Source: Octopus sinensis (taxonomy: Eukaryota). Taken from it: a DNA stretch of 64,000 nucleotides. The stretch is taken from assembly GCF_006345805.1 (NCBI RefSeq), contig NC_042997.1, positions 47,120,001 through 47,184,000 on the forward strand, given 5' to 3'. Shown piece by piece: positions 41,725-53,400 of this stretch (positions are counted from its first letter, which is position 1; the number at the start of each line of letters is the position of its first letter). The notes under the pieces were generated by a model, which was not told the origin of the DNA, searched no databases, and worked only from the letters and a program-made list of their open reading frames with translations. The position numbers and the translations under genes were made by a program.

Positions 41725-42030
41725 TGGAGGCGCAATGGCCCACTGGTTAGGGCAGCGGACTCGCGGTCGTAGGATCACGGTTTCGATTCCCAGACCGGGC
41801 GTTGTGAGTGTTTGTTAAGCGAAAACACCTTAGAGCTCCACGAGGCTCCGGCAGGGGGTCATGATCTCTGCTGTACTCTTTCACCACTCTTTCTTTCACT
41901 CTTTCTTCTGTTGACCTGCTTGCCTAGCCAGCGGGGTGGCGTCATTCGAAGGCTAAAACAATGTGAAGTACATTGTGACCAGCGATGTGTAACAACATCT
42001 GATGGTCTGGTCGGTCACGTGATCAGGTGA
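41725..42030 (+). mobile_element. SINE family B head and body with an alternative 3' tail
   Basis: 41725-41905 matches family B (B-box GGTTTCGATTCC); from ~41910 the sequence differs from the other three copies and ends GGTCACGTGATCAGGTGA. Confidence 0.85.
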
Positions 42031-42181
42031 TATATATATATAATATATATATAATATAACTAATTTCAACGGATTTCACCCAAATTTGACGTCTATATTA
42101 CTTAGATTGGTTTGAAATAAAGAACTTGATTAGGTTAATAATCGTAGCTTAATCCCGGGCAAGGCCGGGTTATACTGCTAG
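42031..42181 (+). mobile_element. Non-autonomous Helitron 3' end
   Basis: GC hairpin CCCGG-gcaagg-CCGGG at 42154-42169 followed by CTAG (42178-42181) and T. Confidence 0.65.
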
Positions 42182-45100
42182 TTCTGAATATGTTTGTAAA
42201 AGTACGATTAGTGATCCGGTGTTAACAGCTTGAGAGAAACTATGGCTCCCATATAATTATCAGCATTCCCTTTATTTACTTTCGTTTTACCGTGATCTTA
42301 TCTTGCAGGCATTATTGTGGCAGAGCATTTGAAATAAGAACCCTTCATTTTAAATGTGATAGTGAGTCTAGCTGTGAGAAAATATTGTCAGAATAAGTAG
42401 TAAAAACAACAATAACGGATAATCAGTCCTTGTTGCAAATGATTACAGACTGATATAATTTATAGCAAGCGGGCTCAAATTACTACATAATTATTTACGA
42501 GTAATTTGGGAAGGAAAGACAATGCCGTTAACGTTTCATTTATTTAAATGTTTTTCTCGAGATATTTGGAAGAAGCGATCCTCATACAGTTGTCTGTTCT
42601 GAATGCTTGCAGTGGATTGTATGAAAGGCATCCAAGAAGTCCAGGGTGACGGGTTAAATTTGCCGTCCAAGAATTTAGAATGCAAAGAAGATCGGGACAA
42701 ATATCGCGAAATATCTAATAGTTTCACTAATTCTCCATGGCTGTTCGCTATTCTTTCAACTCTGAAAAATTTTAAGTCAAGGTTCACCCAAGCAGTATGT
42801 GAACTCTGTGTGTCGAAGCAAATGATGCAAGGCATTTATCATGGGGCTAATATAAAATTTAATATGCCGTGTAAAGAAAATATTTAATCCACGCGATGTC
42901 GACCTATGTTAATATATTCGACAATAATGTAATATTGAAAAAGAATTCAGTTAGTTTCCCAGCATGGTTCCTAGCATTTTAGTCCTTTTGTGATCGTTGT
43001 ATTAGATGTGCTGATAGTTGTTTCGAGACTTTATAATTGCCAGCAGGTTTTATTTTCATTGTCCAAGAAACAAATCTCTCTTTAATTAGGAGTGTTTGCA
43101 TTTCATACATCATCTGCCTGAAATCATTTAATTTCATACCCATGTCCACACGACTTGTTTCTCTTATATTATTATTTGTAATTACTCAAAATTTTAAAAT
43201 CTTTATTGAAGGCAAAATTCTTAGAAATTTTTGTTCAGACTAGATTTGAATAGTTTATATCTTATGGTGAGGCCTAATACGACCTGAACATGTATCTTGA
43301 AGTTCAGCAAAGATAATATTTTTCCATTAAGCTAAAACAAATTTATGGAAATGAATTTTTGAATTCCTCTTGAAATTATCTTGTTTACTTTCAGAATCTT
43401 GAACATTACCACGGAATTATCTATTTTGTTTCTCCAGATTTTAATTCCTTTCGAATTCATTTTTAAACTTTTACATGCATTATTCAGTGCATAGAATACC
43501 TGAATTTTTTATCGTTTATTATTTGTATAGCCTCTTGGAAGATTAGAATTTATATATTTGTCTTCGTGAACATTTTAACCGGTAAATGCCCATCTTCAAA
43601 TCATAGGATGGCCTGGATCAGTCAGAGGTTTTAATGTAGAAGCCTTGGCTATTATTTGGTTAGAGGCTTACATCATAGAGTTGTTTTCAGACGTTATTAT
43701 ATCTAGAACCAGAACTACCTTAACTGTAGTAGCCTTATAAAGAATGTAGGACCTGATTTAATGACGTTAAACCAAAGAGAAATGGTGAATTGGTATGTGG
43801 TGATTGGTTGTGCAGTACATTATAGTTATCGACGATCGTAATTTAGTATTAAGTGAGCAAATATTTGTTGGGAGTATTTCTGTTTTAAGCATTTAAAGAT
43901 TTTTTCTTTTTATAATTGTAAATTTTGTCCATATCTAGCTCCCGTGTAGAACTGAAGTTATAGCAGTTTACAATCAGCTTTAATATTATTCGTTTCGTTT
44001 GTTATAATTCTTTTTTAACTTTTATTATTCTCATAATATGTCTGATTCTGTCATCGATAAGTTAATCACAAAAAAGAAAATTAAGTTTTTACATGGAAAA
44101 GGGAAGATTTAAAGTTTTTAACTATTCCAGCTTTGCAAATAATGGTTTTTCTGTTTGGAATTAATAAAGCTGGATCGGAAGGAATTAGTAACTATTACCA
44201 TTATCAACAATCCATAATTTGTAGTCGTGAGTGAGTGTATGTATCTATGCGTGTGCATGTTTGTTACGTGTTTCTGCGGGCGCTCGTGTAAGTCGTGTGT
44301 GTAGTGGGGTATTATTGATGTCTCCGAACAAGATCTTATATTACAAATTCTAATACACAGCAGTATTGATTGAACGAATGTCATACTCAACATACAATTA
44401 CCACTTTCAAAATGCCAATACCATACCGCCACCAACACCACAAGAATTAACACTATTATCACTGACAAAACATCCACATTCTTTTAAGCTAGCATTCACA
44501 CACATTCACACTCACAGCTATGCAATTTGTTTCAAACGAGTATACACACTATAACAATGATGACAAATCTGGATATATTCGTTTCATTTCACTTCAGTTA
44601 CAAATAATCGCATTATCCTAGCAGGAATCGTGAAATGGGGATTGCATTTCTCTATAGAGTAATGCGTTGTCTGTCATAGATACTTGCTCAACTATAAGTA
44701 TCGAAACATTGCTTCTATCATTGGTCATCAGGTATAAGTGGAAGCAATGTACAGCTTCTATCGATTAACTGCTTTTCTTAGCATGTTCATATCCATAATA
44801 ATGTGCTAAACATAAACGCTATCATACAACAATACGTAGTGGTTAAACGGTCAATAATTCTCTAACTATACGAGACTCAAAGTGTCAGTTTTCAAAATGA
44901 CGCTCTCTCTTGGATTTAAAATCAATAAATACCTTTATCCAGATTATTCATTAAATGCCTTGATTTCGGTCTTACAAACACAACTAATTGAATGAAACAT
45001 TTCGAACTGAAAAGAAAGTTTCAGCAAGCGAAATAGCATGTTTAGGAATCGAATGCCGATCCGAAATTCAAATCTAACTTGAGACACGAAACGTAAATTA

Positions 45101-45494
45101 TTCGATGACAAATCATTGGAATGCTCTTAATTTGATATGGAATAAACCAGCAATGGTTTGTGATGCAAGTACTTAATAAACGGATTAAATGACAATGTTT
45201 ATTATATGTTGATCTTGAAACCAATAAATACTAATATCTTAAAGTTATCTTTACTATCAATCTCTACACTAAATCATTATCAAGATTGATTTATTTTCTC
45301 TTTATTTTCAAGTAGCTGCTACTAAACATTCGTCCGAATTCGTAGACTAATGACGCAGTATTTCATACAACAATGGAAAGGTGAGCCTTCTGTTATGGAA
45401 GATGTTTCACCGTTATTTAACACACATACACTCGCACATACATACATACATACATACATACATACATACATACATACATACATACATACATACA

Positions 45495-45527
<33 letters not shown>

Positions 45528-46038
45528 GCATAGCTTAGTGTGTAGAAGCACCACACGTTACACATACTAGCTACGATTTCCTTGTCATGCAACTATAGTA
45601 TGAATGTTTTAATACTTACTATGCATATATATATATATATTTATATATATATTCATGTGTGCATGTGTTTGTATGCATGTATGTGTGTGGGTGTACGTAC
45701 GTATGTTATGTATGCATGTATGTATATGATTGGCTAAAACGTCTGTTCGTTTTAAAACGAAAATGAACCACGTTTGAAAGAGAAGGAATTATCAATAATA
45801 TAATAACCGTTTAGTTTCAGTATCCTTTGGCATCTGGGTGTCAAACCCATTATTCCCATTATAATAATTTATCACAATATATTACTTGACATTGGCCAGT
45901 GTTGTTTCGTTTGGCTATTTCACCAACAAGCATTCCAACAATTCCATCGTTTTGATATTACCTTCAAAAGGAAAAGAAAAATTGTATGCAAATTACACGT
46001 AGAGAGATAAAGATTCATTACAAAATCATTACGAAAAG

Positions 46039-46113
46039 CTGATACTCAGAGTTTCACGTTCACGTTCAATCTAAACTGTCCGATGAACGGGAACTTGAAA
46101 CTTTGAGTAGCAG
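46039..46113. repeat. 30-bp-arm inverted repeat built from two hammerhead-like motifs
   Basis: Arms 46039-46068 and 46084-46113; + strand reads CTGT-CCGATGA-ACGGGAACTT-GAAA-CTTTGAG-TA-GCAG. Confidence 0.7.
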
Positions 46114-46243
46114 ATGTTCTTGATATTTTTGCTATGCTTTGCAGCTTTAATAATAATAAAGAATATTACTCTACCTCCAGTATTCGAGTTCTATATTCTC
46201 CCACTTTGTTTCACATGTATGTGCTTACTTTGGTATATATATA

Positions 46244-46352
<109 letters not shown>

Positions 46353-46489
46353 CATATATATGTCTGTGTGTATATATGCAAACATAATTAAATCTACACA
46401 CACATATGAATATGTTGTTTATACATAACCATAAATTTGTGTATGTGTGCAAATATATAGATGTATATATATATATATATATTTCCATT

Positions 46490-46880
46490 ACGATTACCCA
46501 GAAGGCGCGCATGGCAGAATTTTGGAGGGAAAATTTACGTTCCAAGTCGTTACTTGGTTTTAACATCTGCGCACTTCCCCCCACTATCTGATGTCGCTGG
46601 GTCAGAAGTGATGGCTGGTGGCTTTTGATAAAGCTATCGAATATAGCGCTGATGACGGAATTCAAACTCCCCTTTTTTTATATGTTTGTGATCCAGAAAC
46701 ACCGTGTTCGCTATTAACGGTAAGTGACTGAATTCGTATATTTGCCACTCCGGTTTTGTGTATGTGAGCCGCAAGGGCCTTCGTTTTTGGAATCTCCACT
46801 TATAGAAATGGAAAAAACGGTCTTTGACTGCCATTTCTAATTCCTTCGGTATGAGGCGAAACAGCTTGCTGCTAGCCAAC
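46490..46880 (-). mobile_element. Very degenerate RTE-like LINE fragment
   Basis: GC-richer block with weak KQGC- and YRTDGKLFN-like remnants across frameshifts. Confidence 0.25.
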
Positions 46881-47064
46881 TTATTTTTCTTTACTATATA
46901 TATATATATATATTACATATATATAAATGTATGTATATTTTTTCAATGTGTACAAATAACACGGAAAACATAAATAAAAAGTTACCAGGTTAGCAAAAAT
47001 TCACATAAGTACCATTGATGAAATAGTCTACTGATTAAGGGTTAAGTGAAATTTTTTTTAAACA

Positions 47065-47652
47065 TAGATAAATAAATAGAGTTAAATGCAGATGATTTTC
47101 ATATCTTTATACATCCGACATATATTTTAAAGAAAACATTGGTATTATTTGAGAAGGTTGGATGTGGGGTAAATAGGTTGGTTACCAACCACATGGTTCC
47201 AGGTTCGGTCCCAGTGCGTGGCACTTTGGGCTAATTTCTTCTACTATAATCTCAAGTCGACTAAAACATTGTGAGTGGATTTAGGTAACAGAAACTGAAA
47301 GAAGCCCGTCGTATATGTTTGCGTGTCTCTGTTTCTTCCCCAACATCTCTTGACAACCGATGCTGGTGTGTTTACGTCCCCGTAAGTTAGTGATTCGGCA
47401 AAAGAGACCAACAGAATAAGTACTAGGCTTACAAAGAATAAGTCTTGGGGTCGATTTGCTTGCCGGTGCTCCAGCATGGCTGCAGTGAAATACTGAACAA
47501 ATAAACGAATAAGAAATAAAACAAAGAGATCGCATCGTTTAACATCATTTTATTCCTTCTGAAATAATACCAATGTTTTTTTTCGAAACATATGTCGGAA
47601 GTATAAAGATTTGAATAACACCTGCATTTAACTCCATTTATTTATTTATCTA
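47065..47652. repeat. PLE pseudo-LTR-like inverted repeat split by a SINE
   Basis: Arms 47065-47157 and 47555-47652; the right arm holds GAAA-CATATG-TC-GGAAG, a hammerhead 3' half. Confidence 0.8.
47160..47512 (+). mobile_element. SINE family C
   Basis: AACCACATGGTTCCAGGTTCGGTCCC head, GACAACCGATGCTGGTGTGTTTACGTCCCCG body. Confidence 0.88.
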
Positions 47653-47658
47653 TATTAT

Positions 47659-47705
<47 letters not shown>

Positions 47706-47711
47706 TATATA

Positions 47712-48560
47712 TAGGAATAAAAAATGGAGTCAACGCAGGTTTAAACAAGTATTTTTTCTTTCTACATATGTTTCAAAAATTCCACTGATACTTATTCAAA
47801 AGAATAAAAGGTATAAACAATGCAATCTTCTCTTCGGGAAAGTGAAAAAACGAAACTTGTCAATACGACATTTTAGCAAAAAATGATGGATTCGTATAGC
47901 GATAGACAGAACGCTATTAATATTGTTTAAAAAAATGTTATATGATATAACGTCATAAGTAGCTAACAGAAAGAGTAGGGATATTAATAGTGAATGTTAA
48001 ATATAAAGGAAATTAAAGTCTAAACTATATATAATGATAGAGACTACTTATATGCACTAAAAGTATGCTTTTGCCAATGCTTACATCTGTATGCCCGTTC
48101 TATAACCGTGTTTACTAGAGTATTTTTAGAAAAAATAATGAAAAATAGCTCAGAATTGCAGAGAAGACAGAATTTCTTGCCTTTGTCATATGGTATCGAA
48201 ATTGAGAGGATCAACCATTCCAAATGAAATTGTTCATTGTGGTCTTTTAAATTCCAAATCAGTTTGCTGAGACCGGTACTATTCCGTTTATTTCTATCTC
48301 TAAATGTTGAGTAATGGATAGAAATTCTCTTAGATAACTCTAACGATGTGCTTCCAATGTAAAATCGTACTTTATTACGAGTACTGATTATACACTGGTA
48401 TATAGAATTTTTAATCTTAGAGTTACTTGACATAAATTTAATTCTATTGGGATTGACTTCAGATACAATAACCTTGTTATTAATATTTCTAGAGGGTTGG
48501 ATGGTAGTAGCTAAATTAATGTTAGTATTAGTAAATGTATTAATATTTAACAGTTTGTTA
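47712..48560 (-). mobile_element. 5'-truncated Penelope-like element: linker, GIY-YIG endonuclease and pseudo-LTR
   Basis: ORF 48044-48433 (SIYQC..FYIGST, KRISIH, STGLSK.IW.LKD, CLLCNSE, CKH) stays open upstream to ~48555; hammerhead motif downstream; (TA)n on both sides. Confidence 0.85.
47758..47842 (-). ncRNA. Minimal type I hammerhead ribozyme motif, CCGA core variant
   Basis: Minus strand CTTTC-CCGAAGA-GAAGATT..AATTTTT-GAAA-CATATG-TA-GAAAG: perfect 5-bp stem I, 7-bp stem II with two G-U pairs, palindromic stem III. Confidence 0.65.
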
Positions 48561-49374
48561 TATATATATATATATATATCGTTGTATCACTATATCGACG
48601 AGAGTATCGGATGTTGTTATGCAGCGCTTGCCACAATGCATTTCCAATTATCTCTTGACTGCACACTTTTTCCCATGTTAGCCCAAATGGTGTGAATAAG
48701 CAGACTTCCTACCATCGTGGAGGCCTTTGTGTTACCTTTACCCATCTCTTGGATATGAAGAAAAGAAAGAGAATTAGACAGAGGACGATATTAAACATAA
48801 TAAACCTCTCTTAACAAATGATTGATGCATGTTAAGATTTAGAATTTGTATATTTTTATATAGGTATTTACCTTATTGGTGTTTTCCATCAATTTCATTT
48901 TATTCTTAAATACTTATCTGGAATTGAATATATTGAGGATTTTTACTTTTGTGGCATGTATTTATTTCGGCTACATTTAGGTGTGAAACTGAAATAATTA
49001 CATGTGAAAGAGACACTTCAGCCATTCATGATAATAAGTTGCGTGCTTAAATTTTTCGGGGACAATTAGTTCAACTAGTGTATATGAGAAATGGAAGTCA
49101 GTTATCTGTATTCAGAGAATGTTATAATCATATTATATCGTACGATGGTCTCATTCCAAGCCACGAGGCAGCAATGCATTTCTGATACTCGAATAAATTT
49201 TATGGTTATGTGTAATGCTGGAAGAGACAAGATAACTTAATTTTAAGAGAATTATTTGCTAAATGTTCTTTTACAGATAGTAATTTCATTTAAAGAAAGC
49301 AATTGTTAAATCTCAAATTTACATTGGTTGCTGTAGAAATTTATAGTTGATTTATAATATTGAAAACAACCACA

Positions 49375-49386
49375 ACGACGACGACG

Positions 49387-49453
<67 letters not shown>

Positions 49454-49464
49454 TGATGATAATG

Positions 49465-49512
<48 letters not shown>

Positions 49513-49530
49513 TCAATGACGATGATGATG

Positions 49531-49585
<55 letters not shown>

Positions 49586-49610
49586 TAATAATAATAGTAA
49601 TGATGATGAT
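49375..49610. repeat. (AAT)n/(GAT)n microsatellite
   Basis: Direct read. Confidence 0.97.
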
Positions 49611-50532
49611 AAAATATTAGCCAACAGTTACCGAGTGGTATAAGTTCACATGATAATGGAAATCAGACGATTAGATAACAAATCATATTAACACATTATA
49701 TTATCCAAGCCAAGAGGTGAAAGTGGCTCACTAATAATGAAAAAATTTCATGGATGTGTGCCACACTGTCTGAGAGGCAAATTAATTTAACTTTAAGGGG
49801 GTAACTGCTAGATGTTAATCAACATTAGCGGAAAGTGAAATAAATTAATATCTCTTTATTCAGAAATATTTTACTGAATGTGCTAGCCGGCAAAAAACCT
49901 CTTTCACTTTCTTTTCGACATAAAGATATACATTACATAAATGTATCGATATGTCAGGATGGGAGGGGTATACGAAGGAAAAACATTCTAGAAAATATTA
50001 TTTCGATAAACTAGAATTAGACATAGAAAATAAACAAATAGCAGCATAGGAAGAATAAAATTGGCGAACATATATATAATGTTCGCTTGCAAATCTTATC
50101 CACTAAAGATAACAAATATAATTTGATAAAAGAAATATGATAAAAAAGTTGCTATCTTTTTAAAAGAAATTAAATACGGATTTGTAACGTAATCTTTCTT
50201 TATTTTACGCTATTTTTTTAGTTTCTGAAAAATATTTCACGTCACACATTTTTGTTTCCAATAATTGCATAAGCAAAATAGACATATAACATAAAATATA
50301 AATAAAATATGATTTATTTGAGAATATTTGTTTGGAGAACTGTTTTGATTTGTTTCGGCTGAGTTAGTCGGTGGAAAGTATTCTTGATTTTGTCGCAGAA
50401 ACAGATAAGACTAACACCTCTGTATTCTTTTCCAAATATCGGTAAAGTTTCAGATTATTGGCCATGAAATGATGCAAGTCTAAGGTATTCGGAATTTAAA
50501 TTGAAAATGTAATGCACGGTACATATTCGTCC

Positions 50533-50690
50533 ATGCCGGATAAAAATCTTAGCTGCATTTATTCCGGTTTTACTTTCTGAGTTCAAATTCTGCTTTAGGG
50601 GTCGATGAAATAAGAACCAGTTGAGCACTGGAATCGATGAAATTAACTTGCCTATCCCCTCAAAATTCGGGCCTTTTACATATAGTAGAA
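50533..50690 (+). mobile_element. SINE family A, degenerate
   Basis: TCTGAGTTCAAATTC..GGGGTCGATGAAATAAGAACCAGTTGAGCACTGG. Confidence 0.7.
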
Positions 50691-51113
50691 ATGATCATTA
50701 TAGTTAATGTAACTAGTTTCAGGAAATTCAGATATCCCAATGAGAGAGGTTAGACCATAATACATCAGAAAAGCGAAAACAAGAAAAATAACTTTCGGAT
50801 TTGGATACGAATATTTCTTTATTTGCCACAAGACTGAAATGAATACAAGAATTTATTATCATTTTTTTCTAAACATGTAATTCACAAAATAATATAAGAA
50901 ACGAAGCTAAAGTATATCACGTAATGATTTTTACCACATTGGTACAAGCAGATGCATGAGACCTGGGGTTACAAGCAGACGAATGTTTATAATGTACTAA
51001 ATGTACGATGAGGCATACTAAAATTGTTTTCTAAACATCTTCGGAAATTAAGAGTGAGTGTTTTACCATGTATGAACGACATGCTCATGCGCTGAAATAT
51101 GTTCCCATTGATA

Positions 51114-51261
51114 TTCCTTTCTACTAAAGGCACAAGGCCTGAGATCTTGCAGGAGGGGGGAAAATCGATTGCAAGTATTTACTACTCGACTGGTACCCGG
51201 TCGACGAAATGCCGCGAAGTATTTTGCGTGGCGTGATAATGATTCTGCCCGCTCGCTGCCT
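51114..51261 (-). mobile_element. SINE family A, internally deleted
   Basis: TTTCTACTAAAGGCACAAGGCCTGAGAT tail and GATTCTGCCCGCTCGCTGCCT head. Confidence 0.7.
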
Positions 51262-52016
51262 TTATTTTCCCTTTAATATTGATATTATATTAATCCTAAA
51301 CTACAAGAAGCTCTAGATGATTAGAGGGAGGGAATGTACCATGGAGCGATAACACATCAAGTCGATTATGGTGTAAGTTGAAGCCAAATATACTTAAAGG
51401 TTCAGTATAAACTGCCGTTTCTACTAATTCAAGGCCTTATAGAACTACAAATATTACGGCCATGAGTTTATTCAGCTAAATCTTCTGCACTTTATTTCAT
51501 CATCATATGCAGGAAAAGTAACTTTTGAACAGAGAGGGATGTGACGAAGACCATTGCATTTTCCAGCTTTGTTCATCTATTCCTCTCAAGGAATTTCTAA
51601 GATTACATTACTGAATATGCCTTCTTATTTTTTGATAATAATGGAATGTGGCTTTTATGAAGATTTAGCAGCTATTTCTGGCACGTCAAACATCACATAA
51701 AATAAAAGATAAAGTATGTGCATAAATGTCTCTATAATGTTGCAAAGAGTAACCTCTAGATATTTTCTTAATATCATTCTGCGATTTCGCTATTACCATC
51801 GCTTAATCCAATACCGTACTCTCTCTCTTTGTATATTTTATTTTTACTTTTTTATGTATTAGTGGATACCTCTCTCAAACTGTTTGATCTGTGGCATAAT
51901 ATCAGAATTTCTCTTGTGTGGTGGATTATAAACTCTGTTGAGCATTTAACAAAGCATACGAGATAGTTAGTCACGTCCTTTTCATATTAAACTCCATTAG
52001 AAACGTCTTTGATTCT

Positions 52017-53078
52017 TGCCAGTACGAAGATGATAAAATATATACTTGTGAATTACTGAAGTTTATATCAAAATAATCGATTGTACACTTTTTACTGACG
52101 TATGGCATTGTACCTTTAATATAGGCAAAAGACACTACACCAGGAGAAACAATAAAGCTCCATACAATTATTGTAACCAATGCAATCTATTTACCCATCT
52201 CTGAATTGTGGGTCATTGCGCCTATGTGAAGGTATACTACTGTAAACTATGTTGGAAGCACTCCGTCGGTTACGACGACGAGGGTTCCGGTTGATCCGAA
52301 TCAACGGAACAGTCTGCTCGTGAAATTAACGTGTAAGTGGCTGAGCACTCCACAGACACGTGTACCCTTAACGTAGTTCTCGGGGATATTCAGCGTGACA
52401 AAGAGAGTGACAAGGCCGGCCCTTTGAAATACAGGTACAACAGAAACAGGAAGTAAGAGTGAGAGAAAGTTGTGGTGAAAGAGTATAGCAGGGATCACCA
52501 CCATCCCCTGCCGGAGCTTCGTGGAACTTTTAGGTGTTTTCGCTCAATAAACACTCACAACGCCCGGTCTGGGAATCGAAACCGCGATCCTACGACCGCG
52601 AGTCCGCTGCCCTAACCACTGGGCCATTGCGCCTCCACTGTAAACTATGTAGTGCAATAAGGAAAGCATTAGTATAGCAGTAAAACACACACTCTGAAAT
52701 AAATGTCATACACAATTTACATTTCGTCGCTCGACATCAGGAATTCAAGCATTGGTATGGCTGAATCTTTTATAATGATATAAAACAGAAACGAATATTT
52801 ATAGATAATTACTATTCTAGCAATGTTGTTAATTAATCGACTGTGATATTGCATCCAAAAGTTTATGTTGTGTAACTACTGAAAATTATCAACATCTTAT
52901 CCTAGAAATATTTCGTAGGTAACATCATCTAAATTAACTATTATGTTATTTTCTAGTTTTCTATTATTTACAATTCAAGGGTGGAGAGGCAAAATCAATA
53001 TAAACTCAAACTTAAAATGTGTTGAAGAATTCTATTCCCAATTCAAGTAACGTTCGAGTCGACATTTCTAGAATTCAT
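52017..53078 (-). pseudogene. Intronless class A (rhodopsin-like) GPCR pseudogene, N-terminus to TM5, peptide-receptor-like
   Basis: After removing the SINE and one TSD and allowing frameshifts: MNSRNVDSNVT (ATG 53078); LG/KMLIIF/VVTQHKLLDAISQS/LINNIA (TM1-TM2, 52905-52819); CKL..FQSVCFTAILMLS/LIALH(R)/FTVVY (TM3, from 52721); IALVTIIVWSF (W at 52162); CTIDY (C at 52087); IYFIIFVLA (TM5). TM6-7 not found. Confidence 0.6.
52253..52636 (-). mobile_element. SINE family B, full length, young
   Basis: Intact A-box TGGCCCAGTGG and B-box GGTTTCGATTCC; perfect 14-bp TSD ACTGTAAACTATGT at 52239-52252 and 52637-52650. Confidence 0.96.
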
Positions 53079-53260
53079 TCTCAGAACAGCGAAATAAATA
53101 CCACTAAAGTACTTGATCCATTTAATCTTTGTATTCCCTTAAAATTCAGATCCTGGTGCTGCATAAACCCCTGTATTTCATTTTACCATTTTCAATCTTT
53201 ATACTCATGTTTTCAAAAATTAAACTGTTTTCTTCGAGTTGGAGTATTAGAACTTTATAA

Positions 53261-53400
53261 AAATGCCTTGCGGCATTTCTCCCGACTCTTTACGTTCTGA
53301 GTTCAAATTCCTTTAAGGTTAACTTTGCCGTTCATCCATTCAGCGTCGAAAAAGTAAGTGTAATCGAGTATCCGATCGATGTAAACGACCAGCCCCAATT
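53261..53400 (+). mobile_element. SINE family A, degenerate
   Basis: GCGGCATTTC..TTTACGTTCTGAGTTCAAATTCC..TTTGCCGTTCATCC. Confidence 0.7.

Noticed and set aside
42300-43950. Paired ORFs 42536-42835 and 42603-42887 as a host gene
   Set aside because: No splice structure or domain; faint LINE-like remnants on the minus strand suggest an old retroelement, but too weakly to call.
44118-44477. 119-aa ORF with a hydrophobic N-terminus
   Set aside because: It starts at GTG just after an in-frame stop, the hydrophobicity comes from GT-rich low-complexity DNA, and no family motif is present.
52040-52090. Opsin call from CTIDYF (similar to rhodopsin CGIDYY)
   Set aside because: TM3 looks more like a peptide receptor, and TM7 with the retinal-binding lysine is not visible; kept only as a generic class A GPCR.
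52560-52636. tRNA gene calls for the SINE heads
   Set aside because: The A and B boxes run directly into shared SINE bodies with TSDs, with no separate tRNA terminator.
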